This document shows, piece by piece, positions 22,075-35,106 of a DNA stretch of 64,000 nucleotides. This stretch comes from Octopus bimaculoides (lineage: Eukaryota), in the NCBI RefSeq assembly GCF_001194135.2, contig NC_068998.1, positions 15,613,393 through 15,677,392 of the forward strand. The letters run 5' to 3'. Below the pieces are notes generated by a model. That model searched no databases, was not told where the DNA came from, and saw nothing but the letters and a program-made list of their open reading frames with translations. The translations under genes were made by a program, and so were the position numbers. Within the stretch, counting starts at the first letter, position 1. Each line of letters starts with the position of its first letter.

Positions 22075-25000
22075 CACATATACGACGGGCTTCTTCCAGT
22101 TTCGGCCCAAGGCTGTAGTAGACACTTGCCCAAAGTGCCACGCAGTGGGACTAAACCCGGGACCATGTGGCTGGTAAGCAAGTTACTTACCACACAGCCA
22201 CTCCTGCACCTATAACTTTGCCATTCATCCTTTCGGGGTCGAGAAAATAAGTACCAGTTGAGCACTGGGAGTGATGTAATTGTTTTACCCCTCCCACCAA
22301 ATTCCTGGACTTGTGCCAAAATTTTAAACAGTAATTATTATTATTGAGTGAGAGAGCAGTGCATGCCATGAAAGTGACACTGGAGTACAAATAATATGAA
22401 GCTTAGTTTACCCATCTTGACTTCCCGTCTGATAAGGATACACCAGGTACATGCATCACAACCTTATGTGCGCGACATGGTGATCTCTTATCAAGATAAA
22501 CTGCGCATGACCTTGCAGGTGGGGCCCAGTTAGAATTCTCTTCAGGTTGAGTAGCCCATCCTGTTCAAAAGGTCCCTGAATAAAGGTTGTTTATGAACGA
22601 AACACCCATGTTTCCATAAGTGAATTATCCAAACCCCAGAGAATTCCTCTCAACACATGGCTATGATGCTCCTCCACTACTTCTGCTCGTGATCAGAGAT
22701 GCACATATCATCAGCCACCAAGGGGCATGCTCAACTGGTTAAGGTCAAACAACTGACAAGCAAATCTGTGGTATTGAGCAGAATATTTGCTGTAGTCCAT
22801 CTTTTATACCAAGACAAAACAATGAACATGATAACACTTCCAATCAATTAAGATCAGAAGCCATGAGAGCCACTGTATGGTACAGCTATTATTTTTAAGG
22901 CAGTGAACTAGCAGAATTGTTAGCACACTGGACAAAATTCTTAACATTTCATCCGACTTTACATTGAGTTCAAATCCTGCCAAGGTTGACTTTGCCTTTC
23001 ATTTTTTCATGATTGATAAATTAAGTACCAGTCAAACACTAGGGTCAATGTAAACAACTAACTCCCCCCCCCCTCCCAAATTTCTTCTTCTTCTTTTTCT
23101 TCTTAGGAGGAGGAGGAGGTCAGTTTTGCTATTTATCCTTTCAGATTCAATTAAATAAGTAACAACTCATCCTGGGGATTAATGAAGTTGATTAGCACCC
23201 CCCCTCCCACAACATTTCAGGCCTTTTACCTCCAGTAGAAAGGAATTTTACTTATTTATTCATTTAATTATTTTTCAGCATTTCAGTTCCCGCCAGACAG
23301 TCTTCATCTGTTGTTGAACAGGTGAAAAGCTGGGAGACAGCCAATGAAAGATATTTTGGCCCCGGGAGAGATCTCAAGAATTTTCCTCATCCAGCCATGT
23401 TGGACCAACCGAAGGCTGTCAAATTTGGCTTTGTTCCAGGTTCATGGTTTGATTTCCTTTATCCGAAAACTGGTTTCACAGGTTAGTACTGCGTGAGTGC
23501 ATCATGTGTTTATGTGTACATCTGCTGATGTTTCTTTGTTTCATTCTACTGCCTGTTGTTGTCTTTGATCTTTGATTTTGTTTTGTACCCCTTTACCTCA
23601 AAGCTGGTATTTCAGGCCAGCGTGGCTAAACAGTCAAGAAGTTTGCTTCACAGTTATGAGATATTCAGTTCAATCTCACTGCATGACATCTTGGGCAGAT
23701 GTTCTTCCATTTTTTTATGATAGCCTCAGGCTAACCCCAGGCTTGTGAATGAGATTGGGTTTATGGGAACTGTTTTGGGAGCCTATCTGAACATATTGGA
23801 TCCATCATCCAAATCCACTCATAAGGCGTGGTCAGTCCAGGGTTATAGTAGTAGACTTTTGCTCAAGGTGCTGCATAGTGGGACCCAAGACTACATGGTT
23901 GAGAAGCAAGCTTCTTAACCAAACAACCCCATCTGCGCACGCACATGTGCACTGACATGCACACACACTCACCCACTCACACACTCAGTTCATGAGAGAG
24001 TGATGAAAGATGCACATGTGCACAAATGTGTGTGGCTTTGTGTTTGCCCCCCCCCCCATCACTTGACAACTAGTGTTGGTGTGTTTCTGTCCCCATAACT
24101 AAGTGGTTCAGCAAAAAGTGGCTGACAGGATAAGAACCAGACTTAAAAATAAGTACTTGGGTCGATGCATTCAGTTAAAATTCTTCAAGATGTTGTCCCA
24201 GCATGGCTGCAGTCTCATGGCAGAAACAAGTGGAAAAATAAAAGAATTGTCTTCTCTCATCATTTCTCTCTCTCCCCCCTCTTCCTGCACCTCCTTTCTC
24301 TCTTCCTTCATCTTTCTCTCTTTTCCTCCCACCTTTATTCCTCTGTCTGTTTAAAGTTACTGCCTCTTCTATTGAAACTCCATATGAAGTATTCTGGCTA
24401 AACTTCCTTCTCTTCTTTCTCTTTTCCTGACACACTAAGTGAAACCTTAAACTCTATCTTATTTCTTCATTGTTCTATTCCAGGTCCATATGTCCTTGGG
24501 ACTGGTTTGTTGGCCACTGCATTGTCCAAGGAAATTTGGGTTATAGACCACGGTTTTGCTGATGTAATAGGATTTACTGGCGCTTTCCTCTTCCTCATTT
24601 ACAAAGTTGGTCCTGGTATGGCGAAGTTTTTAGAAGGCAAGCAACAGGTAAAGTTAACAACTTGTCAATGTTGAATAGTCTACACTGACTTCTGTCTCTT
24701 TGTCTCATGAGAATATGGACATAACTTTATTTCTCACTTAGTTTTTAGTCTTTTGGTTGGATGAGGCAAGGGCATAGTGATAGTTTGCACTCACTTAACC
24801 CACTCTTGTGACTAGAGTTAAATAAAGTAGAATAGACTGTGAGCATAAATATTTTGATGATCTACGGAGCAAGTATGCTGGGAATATGGCAAACTTGCTG
24901 ACAGCTATTACATTCTGTTATTTTGTATGAAAGTTCCATGATGAGTGTTCAGTTATATCTAATACTCATTTACTGTTGTAGAGAAAATATTCGTATATAA

Positions 25001-27041
25001 TATATATGTGTGTGTGTGTATGGTGCAGAATCATATTATTTGTCTGCCTTAATCCTTTAGCATTTGGATTACGCTGTCAAATGTTGTGCTTTTGATTATG
25101 AGTATTAACAGAACTTAAGTTATAGCACTCAAGCACATTGAACTAGATTGAGGGCTGCCATTCACTAGTCAAAAAGAAAAAAAAAACAACAAAATACAGG
25201 ATAAGTTTTGTGAATGGATGGAAATACCAAGTGTTTAAGGGACCCTGACATCTAGGGTAAGTGTCAGATTTCGAATAAAACTATATAAGAACAAAGTTCA
25301 CATCCAGAACTTTCAAATGATATATAATTCTCCAAGGAAAATAGGTATTTTGTCATGCAAATGATGTACTAAAAATTAGGTTTTTGCGTTGTCAAACTGT
25401 GTGTTAGTTGTTCCACAGAGATCTCCAAGGATACTTATTAAATTTATTGCAAAACTCCAAACTTAGAGAAGATTCAATTTTATACCCCTTCACCATTGTA
25501 TCAAAACTGAGCCCCTGAGTGTCAAATGATTTTAATAAATGATCTGAACTATTGCTGCTATTTCCGTTGTATTGCAGAGAATCTATGAGGAGACCTACAC
25601 CAAACCAATAGCGAAAGCTAAAGAGACCTTCCATAATGAAATAAAAGAGTGTAATGATGCCATCTGGAGTCTTGAAGGACAGAAACATTTGTTTGAAGCT
25701 AAAAAGGTATGAATTCTTCGGCAAGAATCTTAACATTTTGACTCTTTGTTCTGTTGCTTCCATTAAGAGTTGTAAATTCTTCCATGTCTCATATCCATTG
25801 GAAGCTACTTGCTAAGCATGCACTTCTAACTTTTACTTCACACCCCGTTATCTATCTGTCTAATGCATGAGCAGATAAACATAAACACTATTTCTCATTG
25901 TCCCTCTCTCTTTGTTTTCTCTGTCTGTCTCACTCTCAAAAAAAAAAATATATATATATATATTGTTGATGTCCTATCATCTTTGTTATCAACACTTAAT
26001 ATCCATTTTCCATGCTGGCATGGGTTGGATGGCTGGACAAGAGGCTGCACCAGGTTTCGTTGTCTGTTCTGGCATGGTTTCTATTGCTGGATGCCCTTTC
26101 TAACACCAACCACTTTTCAGAGTGTACTGGGTGTTTTTTACATGGCACCATCACCAGTGGCACCAGTGTTTTTTTTACCTCCCACCAGCACCCACACCAA
26201 TGCCTTTTATGGCACATTGGTTTTAGGATCTCAATTCTGTTATGGTGGGCGGGTCTTCTCTTATAAACCTTCAAGATAATGTGAACTAATAATTTTTGGA
26301 ACTGTGGACCTTGAAGTACACATAAAGCCACAAATAATCCTTTTTATATAATCTTTATCTAAACACAGCAAAGGCCAGTTAATTTAATAATTCCTTCTAT
26401 ATACCTATCTTATCAGAGATCTGATATTATTTCTTAAATATTTATTCCACCCTGCCTTTTTGTTTTTTTAAATTTCTTCAAAATTGGTGACATGTTTTGT
26501 TAACATTTTCTTCTTTGTGTCTACAGGAAAATGTTGGTCTTCAGCTTGAATCAGCTTATCGCCAAAGACTAAACAAAGTCTACACAGATGTGAAGAGTCG
26601 ATTGGTAATGTAGAAATTACTCTACAGGCATACATTTCCATTTCCATACATATGCTTGTATGTGTGCACACACAAAGTAAAACACACTCATATGTTGCAT
26701 AATTGTAATATATCATGTATCCATGCTCAAACATGGATACATAAGTCTCTCTCCCTCTTATACACACTCAGACACACACACACACACACATGGACATACT
26801 CGCACACACATTTGCAGACATATACAAGCACATGCATATGGACACATACACTCATGCAGGCACACAGCACACATATATACATACACACGACAAACACATG
26901 CTCATATGCAGATGTACACACATACAGTTATATACACATGCACACGGGAACATACATGCGCACATACACTTACACACACAGACATATACACCTTATTCAT
27001 GATTTCTGATATCTGCGCAAAATTATAATAGTTTACTACTT

Positions 27042-27074
<33 letters not shown>

Positions 27075-27197
27075 GTAGTGTACTGTGGTAATGTAATCTT
27101 CTCCCCAAAATTTCTAGCTTTGTGCATTCCTCACACACCCTCCTTTTATCTCACTCTCTTTCTCACTCTCTCTCTCTCTCCTTTTATCTCACTCTCT

Positions 27198-27279
<82 letters not shown>

Positions 27280-30200
27280 TGCACAGACAAACCAACACCA
27301 TTTGTCAAGCAGTGGTAGGACACACACTCACACTCACACACACACACACACACACACACACATGCACAGACAAACCAACACCATTTGTCAAGCAGTGGTA
27401 GGACACACACACACACACACAATGAACTTCTTCCAGTTTCTGTCTACCAAATCCACTCACAAAACATTGATTGGCCCAAGACTATGTTGTAAAAGACACT
27501 TGCCCAACATGTCCTCGAACCATGTAGTTAAGAAGCAAGTTTCTGACCACACAGCCATGCCTGCATCTATTATTTATTTTATTTTGTTTTTTCAGGATTA
27601 TCATGTAGCTGTTGAGAATACTAAGCGCAAGTTTGAACAAGAACACATGGTGAACTGGATTGTTAGCAGTGTAGTGAAGAGCATAACCCCTCAACAGGTA
27701 TGTTGTCTATCTAGCTGTCTTGTCTTATTTACCACTTAACTCAAATGACCATATTTGTTCATGTATGTATCACATTTTATACTTAATATTTCAACTGCAA
27801 AAACCAAGGTGCTCCTTATACACAGAGCGAAGCTCAAATTATGAAAGGAAAATTTTTGTAACCACATTTAATAATATGAGGTGTGTTCCAGAAGTATCAA
27901 TCTTTATTTTTTTCCTCATCAAAACTAGTGCCATTTGGGCACAATCTGTTTGGTGGAAGGTGATGCCATCCTCTCCTGCACATGTGTAAAAGTTTTCTCT
28001 GCTTTATGTGTTTGGTGAAAACGAAAATCCAATGAGCATACACTACACATCTGTACTCTAGGCATAACAGCTGGGAACTGAATGGTCCCACTGGTGTGAA
28101 AATTTTTTCATGCACGTGTAGGAAGAGTGGTACCACATTCCACCCAAAGGATTTTGCCCATGTAACATTAGTCAGATAATTTTTGAATGTATCTCGTATA
28201 TTAGGGGTCTAACATATGCACAATTGAACTTAATACTAGTAATATGGTACTTAACCCTTAAATGGCAGGAAAGGGTCATATGAATCTGTGCCAAACGGGC
28301 AAAACCAAAGCATATTTCTTTTTCTTATGGGTAATTTTTATACTTATTTTCACTTTAGATAAGTACAAGAACTATGGTGTGAGCATAAATTTGTTTGAGT
28401 TTTCCTGCATTGTTGTTATACAAATATACGATTGGAGAAAAATTGTTGCACTTTTTCCATCCAAAGCTAGTTGCACTTTCTTATGAGCTACCTGGAGCAT
28501 CACGATCATCATTATCTACCTTGTCTGATGGTGATGAAACGTTAGGCAAAATAGATTTCATTGTTGTATAAGTTTTTCATTTACTGCTTGATGTCTCCTA
28601 TCAATAAGGGCCACTTATGTTTAGGTGCATTCGACGAAGTTGACACTTTGGCGTTGATTGGTGATGACCGTATCCATGTAGAGTTTTTTGAAGCATCATG
28701 TAACACTGTCTGCTGTTATCTAATGAAACATCAGTTGATGCTGTCTGCTGTTTAAGAGATTAAGAACGTTTATTCTTCACTCACTCATACACATATAACT
28801 TTGTTCCTATTTAACAGTGGTTCTCAGCCCTTGTAGGTCCATATATATGATTTTGTTAAAATTTATCTGCAATAAATTGGTTATACTGCTACATTTTCTT
28901 TTAAAAGAAAAAGAAATCGTAGAACGATGCACAAAAATATTTTAATAATTATTATTATACAATTCCTAATAATGTTTAATTATAAGAATATAAGATTTTT
29001 TAAACATCGAACGTCCAGGAGAGTCCACTTGAGTAGAAATAGGAATCAAAAGGGTCCATAGGTAAAGAATGATTGCGAAATACTCGATTTAAATCTACAG
29101 CAAGAATTATTAGTTATTGTCCTTGACACCGTGAATCAAAAGTTGTAATTGTTGAAGCATAATCACATACAGAACAACACCTTAATGTGTCAGATATTAT
29201 TTTGATGAGGGATTGTCTTTTTAGTGATTTAGTAATTTGGAAGAATTCTGATAAATTAATAAAGGTATGGGCATGGCTATGTGGTTAAGAAATTTACAAC
29301 TAAGTAGTTTTTGAATTAGTGGCATTACAAGTTTTTTTGGGTAAGTGTCTTCTTAGCTTGACCAATGCCTTCTGAGTAAATTTTGGCAGCCAGAAACTGT
29401 GTAGAGGCCTGTCGTGTGTGTGTGTACATATATCTTTTATGTTTTACTTATTTCAGTCATTAGACTGGCCATGCTGGAGCACTGACCCCCAGTACTTATT
29501 CTATTGGTCTGTTATGCCAAACCACTAAGTTATGGGGACATAAACCATCACCAGTTGTTAAGTGGCAGAGACACAGACACACACACACACACACACACAC
29601 ACGATGGACTTCTTTCAGTTTCCGGCTTCCAAATCTACTCACAAGGCTTTGGTTGGCCTGAGGCTATTGTAGTGGGCACTTGCCCAATGTGTCATGTAAT
29701 GGGACTGAACCCAGAACCATGTGGTTGGGGAGCTAACTTCTTACCACACAGCCACGCCTATATGTGTGTGTGTGTGTGTGTGTGTGCATGTCTGTGTAAG
29801 TGCAGGTGTGGCAATGTGGCTAAGAAGTTTACTTTCCAACCACTTGGTGTTGGGTTCAGTCCCACTGTATGGCACTTTGTTGTATTGTTGGTGATAATAT
29901 ATATGTAATAGAACAAGATTAGAATGTACAGTTTGAACCATGGAGCTTGCCTTTCATCTTTGAGAGTCAGTAAAATAAAGTACCAGTCAAGTACTGGGGT
30001 TGATGTAATTGACTGTCCTCTCTCGTCAAAATTGCTGACCTTGTACCAGATGGTTTTTTAAAATTTATTTTTAAATATATAATTATAAATTAAAAAAAAA
30101 AATTACTTTCTTAGACTTATTCCAAAATTACACACTCTCACTTCTGTATAAGAGTTAGAGTAAAATTTAATAATGTATGATGAGCAAATAATAATATAAC

Positions 30201-30499
30201 AATAAAAACTAATTTTTTTTGTTCACTGGTGGTGTGTTGGTGGATACCTGTACATAAATTCATATAAGAAATACGCAGAATTAAATATATATAAAAAAAA
30301 ATGAACATGTATGAAAGAGTTCTCTCCCTTGGACGCAGCATATTACTTTATCTCATATGCCTGCGACTATTCATATTGTGTGTGTTCGTTTCCGTCTTGA
30401 TTTTATATTTATTTATTATGATTATCTTTTTTGTTATTTTAGGAAAAAGAGAGCATCAAGAAATGTATTGCAGAGCTGAAGACTTTAGCTGCTGCTTAA
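18329..30499 (+). CDS. ATP5PB: Mitochondrial ATP synthase peripheral stalk subunit b, join(18329..18356,20753..20792,23279..23481,24484..24647,25578..25706,26527..26604,27596..27697,30443..30499), 801 nt, 266 aa
   Basis: Spliced translation includes FGFVPGSWFDFLYPKTGFTGPYVLGTGLLATALSKEIWV...[78 protein letters not shown], matching ATP5F1/ATP5PB. All introns are GT-AG with phases 1,2,1,0,0,0,0 and an open frame. Confidence 0.95.
20753..20792 (+). CDS. ATP5PB: ATP5PB exon 2
   Basis: Acceptor ttttgcag, donor gtaagt; GHFGCVLKQLNGK; phases 1 to 2 link exons 1 and 3. Confidence 0.85.
20995..21205. mobile_element. Tc1/mariner-type MITE with two internal ~85-bp direct repeats
   Basis: TA|CAGGGTGTCCACAAAGTCTGG ... 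CCAGACTTTGTGGACACCCTG|TA: 21-bp TIRs and a TA TSD. Confidence 0.9.
21710..21753 (+). ncRNA. Degenerate hammerhead-like motif in ATP5PB intron 2 (sense strand)
   Basis: GGC-C(A)TGATGA-A-ATACC/GGTAT-A-GAAA, perfect palindrome AATACGTATT, C, then GCC. One insertion in the core and an A.A closing pair. Confidence 0.4.
23279..23481 (+). CDS. ATP5PB: ATP5PB exon 3
   Basis: Acceptor tttttcag, donor gttagt; HISVPARQ...RDLKNFPHP...FGFVPGSWFDFLYPKTGFT. Confidence 0.95.
24484..24647 (+). CDS. ATP5PB: ATP5PB exon 4 (transmembrane segments)
   Basis: GPYVLGTGLLATALSKEIWVIDHGFADVIGFTGAFLFLIYKVGPGMAKFLEGKQQ; acceptor attccag, donor gtaaag. Confidence 0.96.
25578..25706 (+). CDS. ATP5PB: ATP5PB exon 5
   Basis: RIYEETYTKPIAKAKETFHNEIKECNDAIWSLEGQKHLFEAKK; acceptor attgcag, donor gtatga. 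Confidence 0.93.
26527..26604 (+). CDS. ATP5PB: ATP5PB exon 6
   Basis: [26 protein letters not shown]; acceptor tctacag, donor gtaatg. Confidence 0.96.
27596..27697 (+). CDS. ATP5PB: ATP5PB exon 7
   Basis: [34 protein letters not shown]; acceptor ttttcag, donor gtatgt. Confidence 0.97.
27875..28198. mobile_element. Mariner-type MITE (decayed)
   Basis: TA-flanked imperfect TIRs TGAGGTGTGTTCCAGAAGTAT and (reverse complement) CGAGATACATTCAAAAATTAT. Confidence 0.5.
30443..30499 (+). CDS. ATP5PB: ATP5PB last exon
   Basis: [18 protein letters not shown] followed by TAA; acceptor attttag. Confidence 0.95.
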   Translation, partial: [18 protein letters not shown]

Positions 30500-30653
30500 A
30501 ATTATCAATTAGTGGATGTTACCAGCGAAGTTGCTGCAGCTGTTGGTGATAGGGGTGGGTGGGGGTGATTAGGTTAAGTAGATTCTCTGGTCACCTGACT
30601 TGTCTGTCTACGGAAGATTTTCTATCAAAAAACGAAATTAGAGATGTAATGAT

Positions 30654-30659
30654 AATAAA
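30654..30659 (+). terminator. Probable ATP5PB polyadenylation signal
   Basis: AATAAA 155 nt after the stop, followed by an A-run and a GT/T-rich downstream element (ttgtttgttt). Confidence 0.55.
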
Positions 30660-31239
30660 TATACAAAAAAAAAAATCTTGATTTGTTTGTTTTTATTTTT
30701 GTTGTTTCCTTTATTTGTAATTATTTTTTCATATTTTGGATTAATGAAAAAAATTTTATGAGTAAGTTGGGAGGAAGGTGGATCAACTTACTCAGAACTA
30801 AGGCCAGTTGTGAATTCATGCAACTGAGTGGATTTTACTAATGGTAGTGAAGGGTGAAGTGGTAAAGGAGGTTGTGGTTGTTGTGGAGCTGTGTGGGCAA
30901 GTGAGTCGATAGAAATAGTTAACATCATGTTAGAATCATGACAGCCATTCAAAACACATATCATTTTATATCTTGGTACAGTTATGACAGCAATTTAAAA
31001 AATACATACACTTCCATTTTGTAATGGCCAGGGTTGTGGAGTCCAAACAAAAAACTGACTCTGACTCCTGTACTATTGGCACCTCCAACTCTGACTCCTC
31101 TTCAATTAAGTGATTGTGGTCTACATATCTCATAAGGCATATGCATACACTTGTACTCTGAGTAGGCCTATATGTTATAACTGGTTTATATTAAAGAATA
31201 AAGGCTCTGTAGTGACGACCATGACTCTGAGACTCAATC

Positions 31240-31545
31240 TCAACTCATGGCTCGCCACTTCATCCTACGTGGATATCCCCTCACTACTATCCACACCACC
31301 CTTGCCAGAGCACGTTCCGTGGACCGTCCATCTGCTTTCTTCCCCCCGCTCCTGCCCCACCGTCTTCTGTCTCCCGTTTCCCCTCACCTACCACCCTACC
31401 TCTCCAACGCACCATTCTCCGAGCCTTCCGGCGACTCCAGTCCGACCCCTCCACTTCCCACATCTTCCCTAACTGACCGCTCCCCTCTTTCAAACGAGCC
31501 CACAACCTACGAGACCTCTTGGTCCACAGTTTCTTCCTTAACCCA
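31240..31545 (+). mobile_element. Penelope-like element ORF fragment (RT thumb/linker), running into an N gap
   Basis: FILRGYPLTTIHTTLARARSVDRPSA, then after a frameshift LPFPLTYHPTS..ILRAFRRLQSDPSTSHIFPN..LSFKRAHNLRDLLVHS, the typical PLE region before the GIY-YIG domain. Confidence 0.75.
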
Positions 31546-33789
31546 NNNNNNNNNNNNNNNNNNNNNNNNNNNNNNNNNNNNNNNNNNNNNNNNNNNNNNN
31601 NNNNNNNNNNNNNNNNNNNNNNNNNNNNNNNNNNNNNNNNNNNNNNNNNNNNNNNNNNNNNNNNNNNNNNNNNNNNNNNNNNNNNNNNNNNNNNNNNNNN
31701 NNNNNNNNNNNNNNNNNNNNNNNNNNNNNNNNNNNNNNNNNNNNNNNNNNNNNNNNNNNNNNNNNNNNNNNNNNNNNNNNNNNNNNNNNNNNNNNNNNNN
31801 NNNNNNNNNNNNNNNNNNNNNNNNNNNNNNNNNNNNNNNNNNNNNNNNNNNNNNNNNNNNNNNNNNNNNNNNNNNNNNNNNNNNNNNNNNNNNNNNNNNN
31901 NNNNNNNNNNNNNNNNNNNNNNNNNNNNNNNNNNNNNNNNNNNNNNNNNNNNNNNNNNNNNNNNNNNNNNNNNNNNNNNNNNNNNNNNNNNNNNNNNNNN
32001 NNNNNNNNNNNNNNNNNNNNNNNNNNNNNNNNNNNNNNNNNNNNNNNNNNNNNNNNNNNNNNNNNNNNNNNNNNNNNNNNNNNNNNNNNNNNNNNNNNNN
32101 NNNNNNNNNNNNNNNNNNNNNNNNNNNNNNNNNNNNNNNNNNNNNNNNNNNNNNNNNNNNNNNNNNNNNNNNNNNNNNNNNNNNNNNNNNNNNNNNNNNN
32201 NNNNNNNNNNNNNNNNNNNNNNNNNNNNNNNNNNNNNNNNNNNNNNNNNNNNNNNNNNNNNNNNNNNNNNNNNNNNNNNNNNNNNNNNNNNNNNNNNNNN
32301 NNNNNNNNNNNNNNNNNNNNNNNNNNNNNNNNNNNNNNNNNNNNNNNNNNNNNNNNNNNNNNNNNNNNNNNNNNNNNNNNNNNNNNNNNNNNNNNNNNNN
32401 NNNNNNNNNNNNNNNNNNNNNNNNNNNNNNNNNNNNNNATCCCAACACAATTACACCACCACACCATACAACACCATACCATAAACACCACATCACATCA
32501 CACCAGCACTGACCACTTACCAGCCCCACACCATCATCCACACGCCTACACATAACACATACGCACACGTCAAGGTCACCAGCCCTCTTCCACACGCACA
32601 CACATGCTCTCTTATACACACGCACGCGCACCTTCGTTTTGGGATCACCGCTACTTTATTATCTCCCCTTCTTCTTAGCTCTCCTGTGTGACCCCTCTGT
32701 CTGACATTCGCCATGATAGATCGCTAGTCACTACACATTCTTTATTTTCTCAGAAGATACTTGCCTAAGTTGCTTCGCAGTGGGATTGAATCTAGAGTCG
32801 CATGGTATTGAAGCTAACGTCATAACATTATGACCACGCTTGCAACCTTATAAAAATTCTATCAAAGACTTTTAATTGATGCTTTCTGTGACAATATTGA
32901 TGTATTTCAATTCTGTTTAAATAACTAGAAAAAGAAGACCCTTACATTTCAACGAAAGAGGCATTAGAAAATATGCTTCTCTTCATTTGTGCATCTCCTT
33001 AAAATTTTAGGAGAGTGAGTAAGATGAATTGGTTTTGGCTTAAATCTGAAGTTGTAGCGAAGAGCCTTTTATGTGGTCACTCGATTTGCTTAAAGTGGTT
33101 GCAAAATCTCCCACAAATTATATATTTTATCGTCTTAAAAAAATAGAACACATTGGATAATGTGGTCCTGGTTCCAATCACAAGAATACCTTTGAGGATA
33201 AGCCTGCCTGCTTGAGCAGAGCTAAACCAGGGCTTAACAAAAATAGCTAAAAGAAACAAGGAAAGACAGGCGTGTCATCCGAGAAAGTAGGTCATCGTTA
33301 TGTTTATATATTCAATGAAGTTTGTGAATACAGAGATTATTGTTAGTGGTTAGTGGGGGAAGAAAAAAAAGTAAAACAACAAAGAAACGAATCTTAAGTT
33401 CGTATACTACAGAACCTTGTGAAGAAAACATCTGGAAATGATATGTCAACAAAACCATTTATGAAATACGAAACTCTGGCGATAAACCATTCTCAGTCGA
33501 AGCTATGTTCAAGGCATGCTCGTTGAGGTGATTCTGGAAAAAAAAAATAGCCACATCGAAGGTGTGTGAATTATATATATATATATATATGTAAGAAGTT
33601 AAAGGGATAAGTAAATCCAGAGAGATATCTATAAAGCACACGCAGTGTTAAACGAATTTGGTTAACTATATTCAACAATCAGATCCCAATAAATGGAAGT
33701 AGAATAAGCATCTAATGTAATTCTTCACGTATGACAAGTAAATCCAAATATCACTAAGAAGAATTTTAAGAAATTCTGAATATAAGACA

Positions 33790-33914
33790 ACAAGAATAAG
33801 AATGGAGAAAATCACATCTTTAATTGGTGATTTACACCATATATTACCGTAGATACGTTAATGTATAGTGTAATCACCAATTAAAGATGTAGTTTTCTCC
33901 ATTATTATTCTTGT
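33790..33914. repeat. Near-perfect ~61-bp-arm inverted repeat (hairpin)
   Basis: ACAAGAATAAGAATGGAGAAAATCACATCTTTAATTGGTGATTTACACCATATATTACCGTA, a 2-nt spacer, then its reverse complement with a few mismatches. Confidence 0.9.
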
Positions 33915-34546
33915 ATCTCATGTGTGTGTGTGTGTGTGCATGAATCATTTTAAAGCTTAATTTCAATTTCCGCCCCAAACAATATGTCTGTAGAGATTGT
34001 AACCACATCTTGTAGAATTGAAGTAGACGCCGGTGGTGTCGACGAATGAAGAAGCTCTTGAGTATATTTTACATGCAATAATACTCGAGTGTTTACTTCT
34101 TTATGACTATAATGGAATTCCGCTACATGTACGGTCTTCACTACTCCATGGTTGCACTTTGCCATGTACTAAATACACTATTACATTCTGCTGAGCACTT
34201 CTGCCAAGCATGAAAGAGTTACTCCACAAATCATTCTTTATTCTCGTTTGTTTTGAGGAACTTCCACTGGGTTGGTCGCTTTCAGTTTGTGTTGTCTCAT
34301 CGAATTTTGTTGAGTTTTATTCTTGTGTTCCTGTAGTAGTATGACGACTTTCTGTTGTATCTTTGTTGCTTACGTTTGAGTATCTGTCTGTTACAAAAAT
34401 GGATGTCACTTGCACCTTGTAGCTAACTGTTTCAATACTTTCACTAAAAGGAAACTCTCCAAAAAGATAGAAGATAGCAAATGCAGACTGAACCTGGAAC
34501 GGAACTATGTTGTTGGGAAGCAAGCTTCTTACCACGCAGACACGCT

Positions 34547-34586
<40 letters not shown>

Positions 34587-34987
34587 AATAAAAGGATAAA
34601 GGATTATTAATTTATTCATAAATTAATAATTTTTACCAAGTACTGAATTTTGGTATGTGGTGAAGCAACTGTTGCTGATCCCTTAGTTATATATATGTAT
34701 ATATATATACTCTCACACATCATTTTGTATAAACATATATCCCTTTAACTGGTAAACATTCTCCTCTCTCTCTTGCTATCCAATCAGCGCTTGTGACGAT
34801 ATATTGAAATATCACTACTGCATGTCTAGTAACACCAAATATTATGTTCCAGCTTTCATAATCGTTCCAGGATTGGAATCGTAAAACTCAGAATAACGAT
34901 TTGTGAAATTACAGTTCTCTAAGAAGTATATGACTCTACTTTACGTATAAAGTAAGATCTTTTCTTTCTCTGTTCACATTGAAATCC

Positions 34988-35024
<37 letters not shown>

Positions 35025-35063
35025 TGCACAAATAACATGTATAAATGCGTACACACACACACG

Positions 35064-35106
<43 letters not shown>

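Noticed and set aside
25404-25763. 119-aa ORF antisense to ATP5PB exon 5, and an upstream acceptor (ccacag at about 25420)
   Set aside because: The ORF is an antisense shadow with no recognisable product. The alternative acceptor leads to a stop after 15 codons and nothing supports its use.
27270-27420. Twice-repeated ~85-bp unit (CACATGCACAGACAAACCAACACCATTTGTCAAGCAGTGGTAGG)
   Set aside because: A slippage duplication of the microsatellite-flanked middle of a family-B SINE, not a separate element.
31546-32439. The longest entries in the ORF track (300-420 aa)
   Set aside because: They run through N gaps (poly-X). Only the Penelope fragment on the left edge is real.
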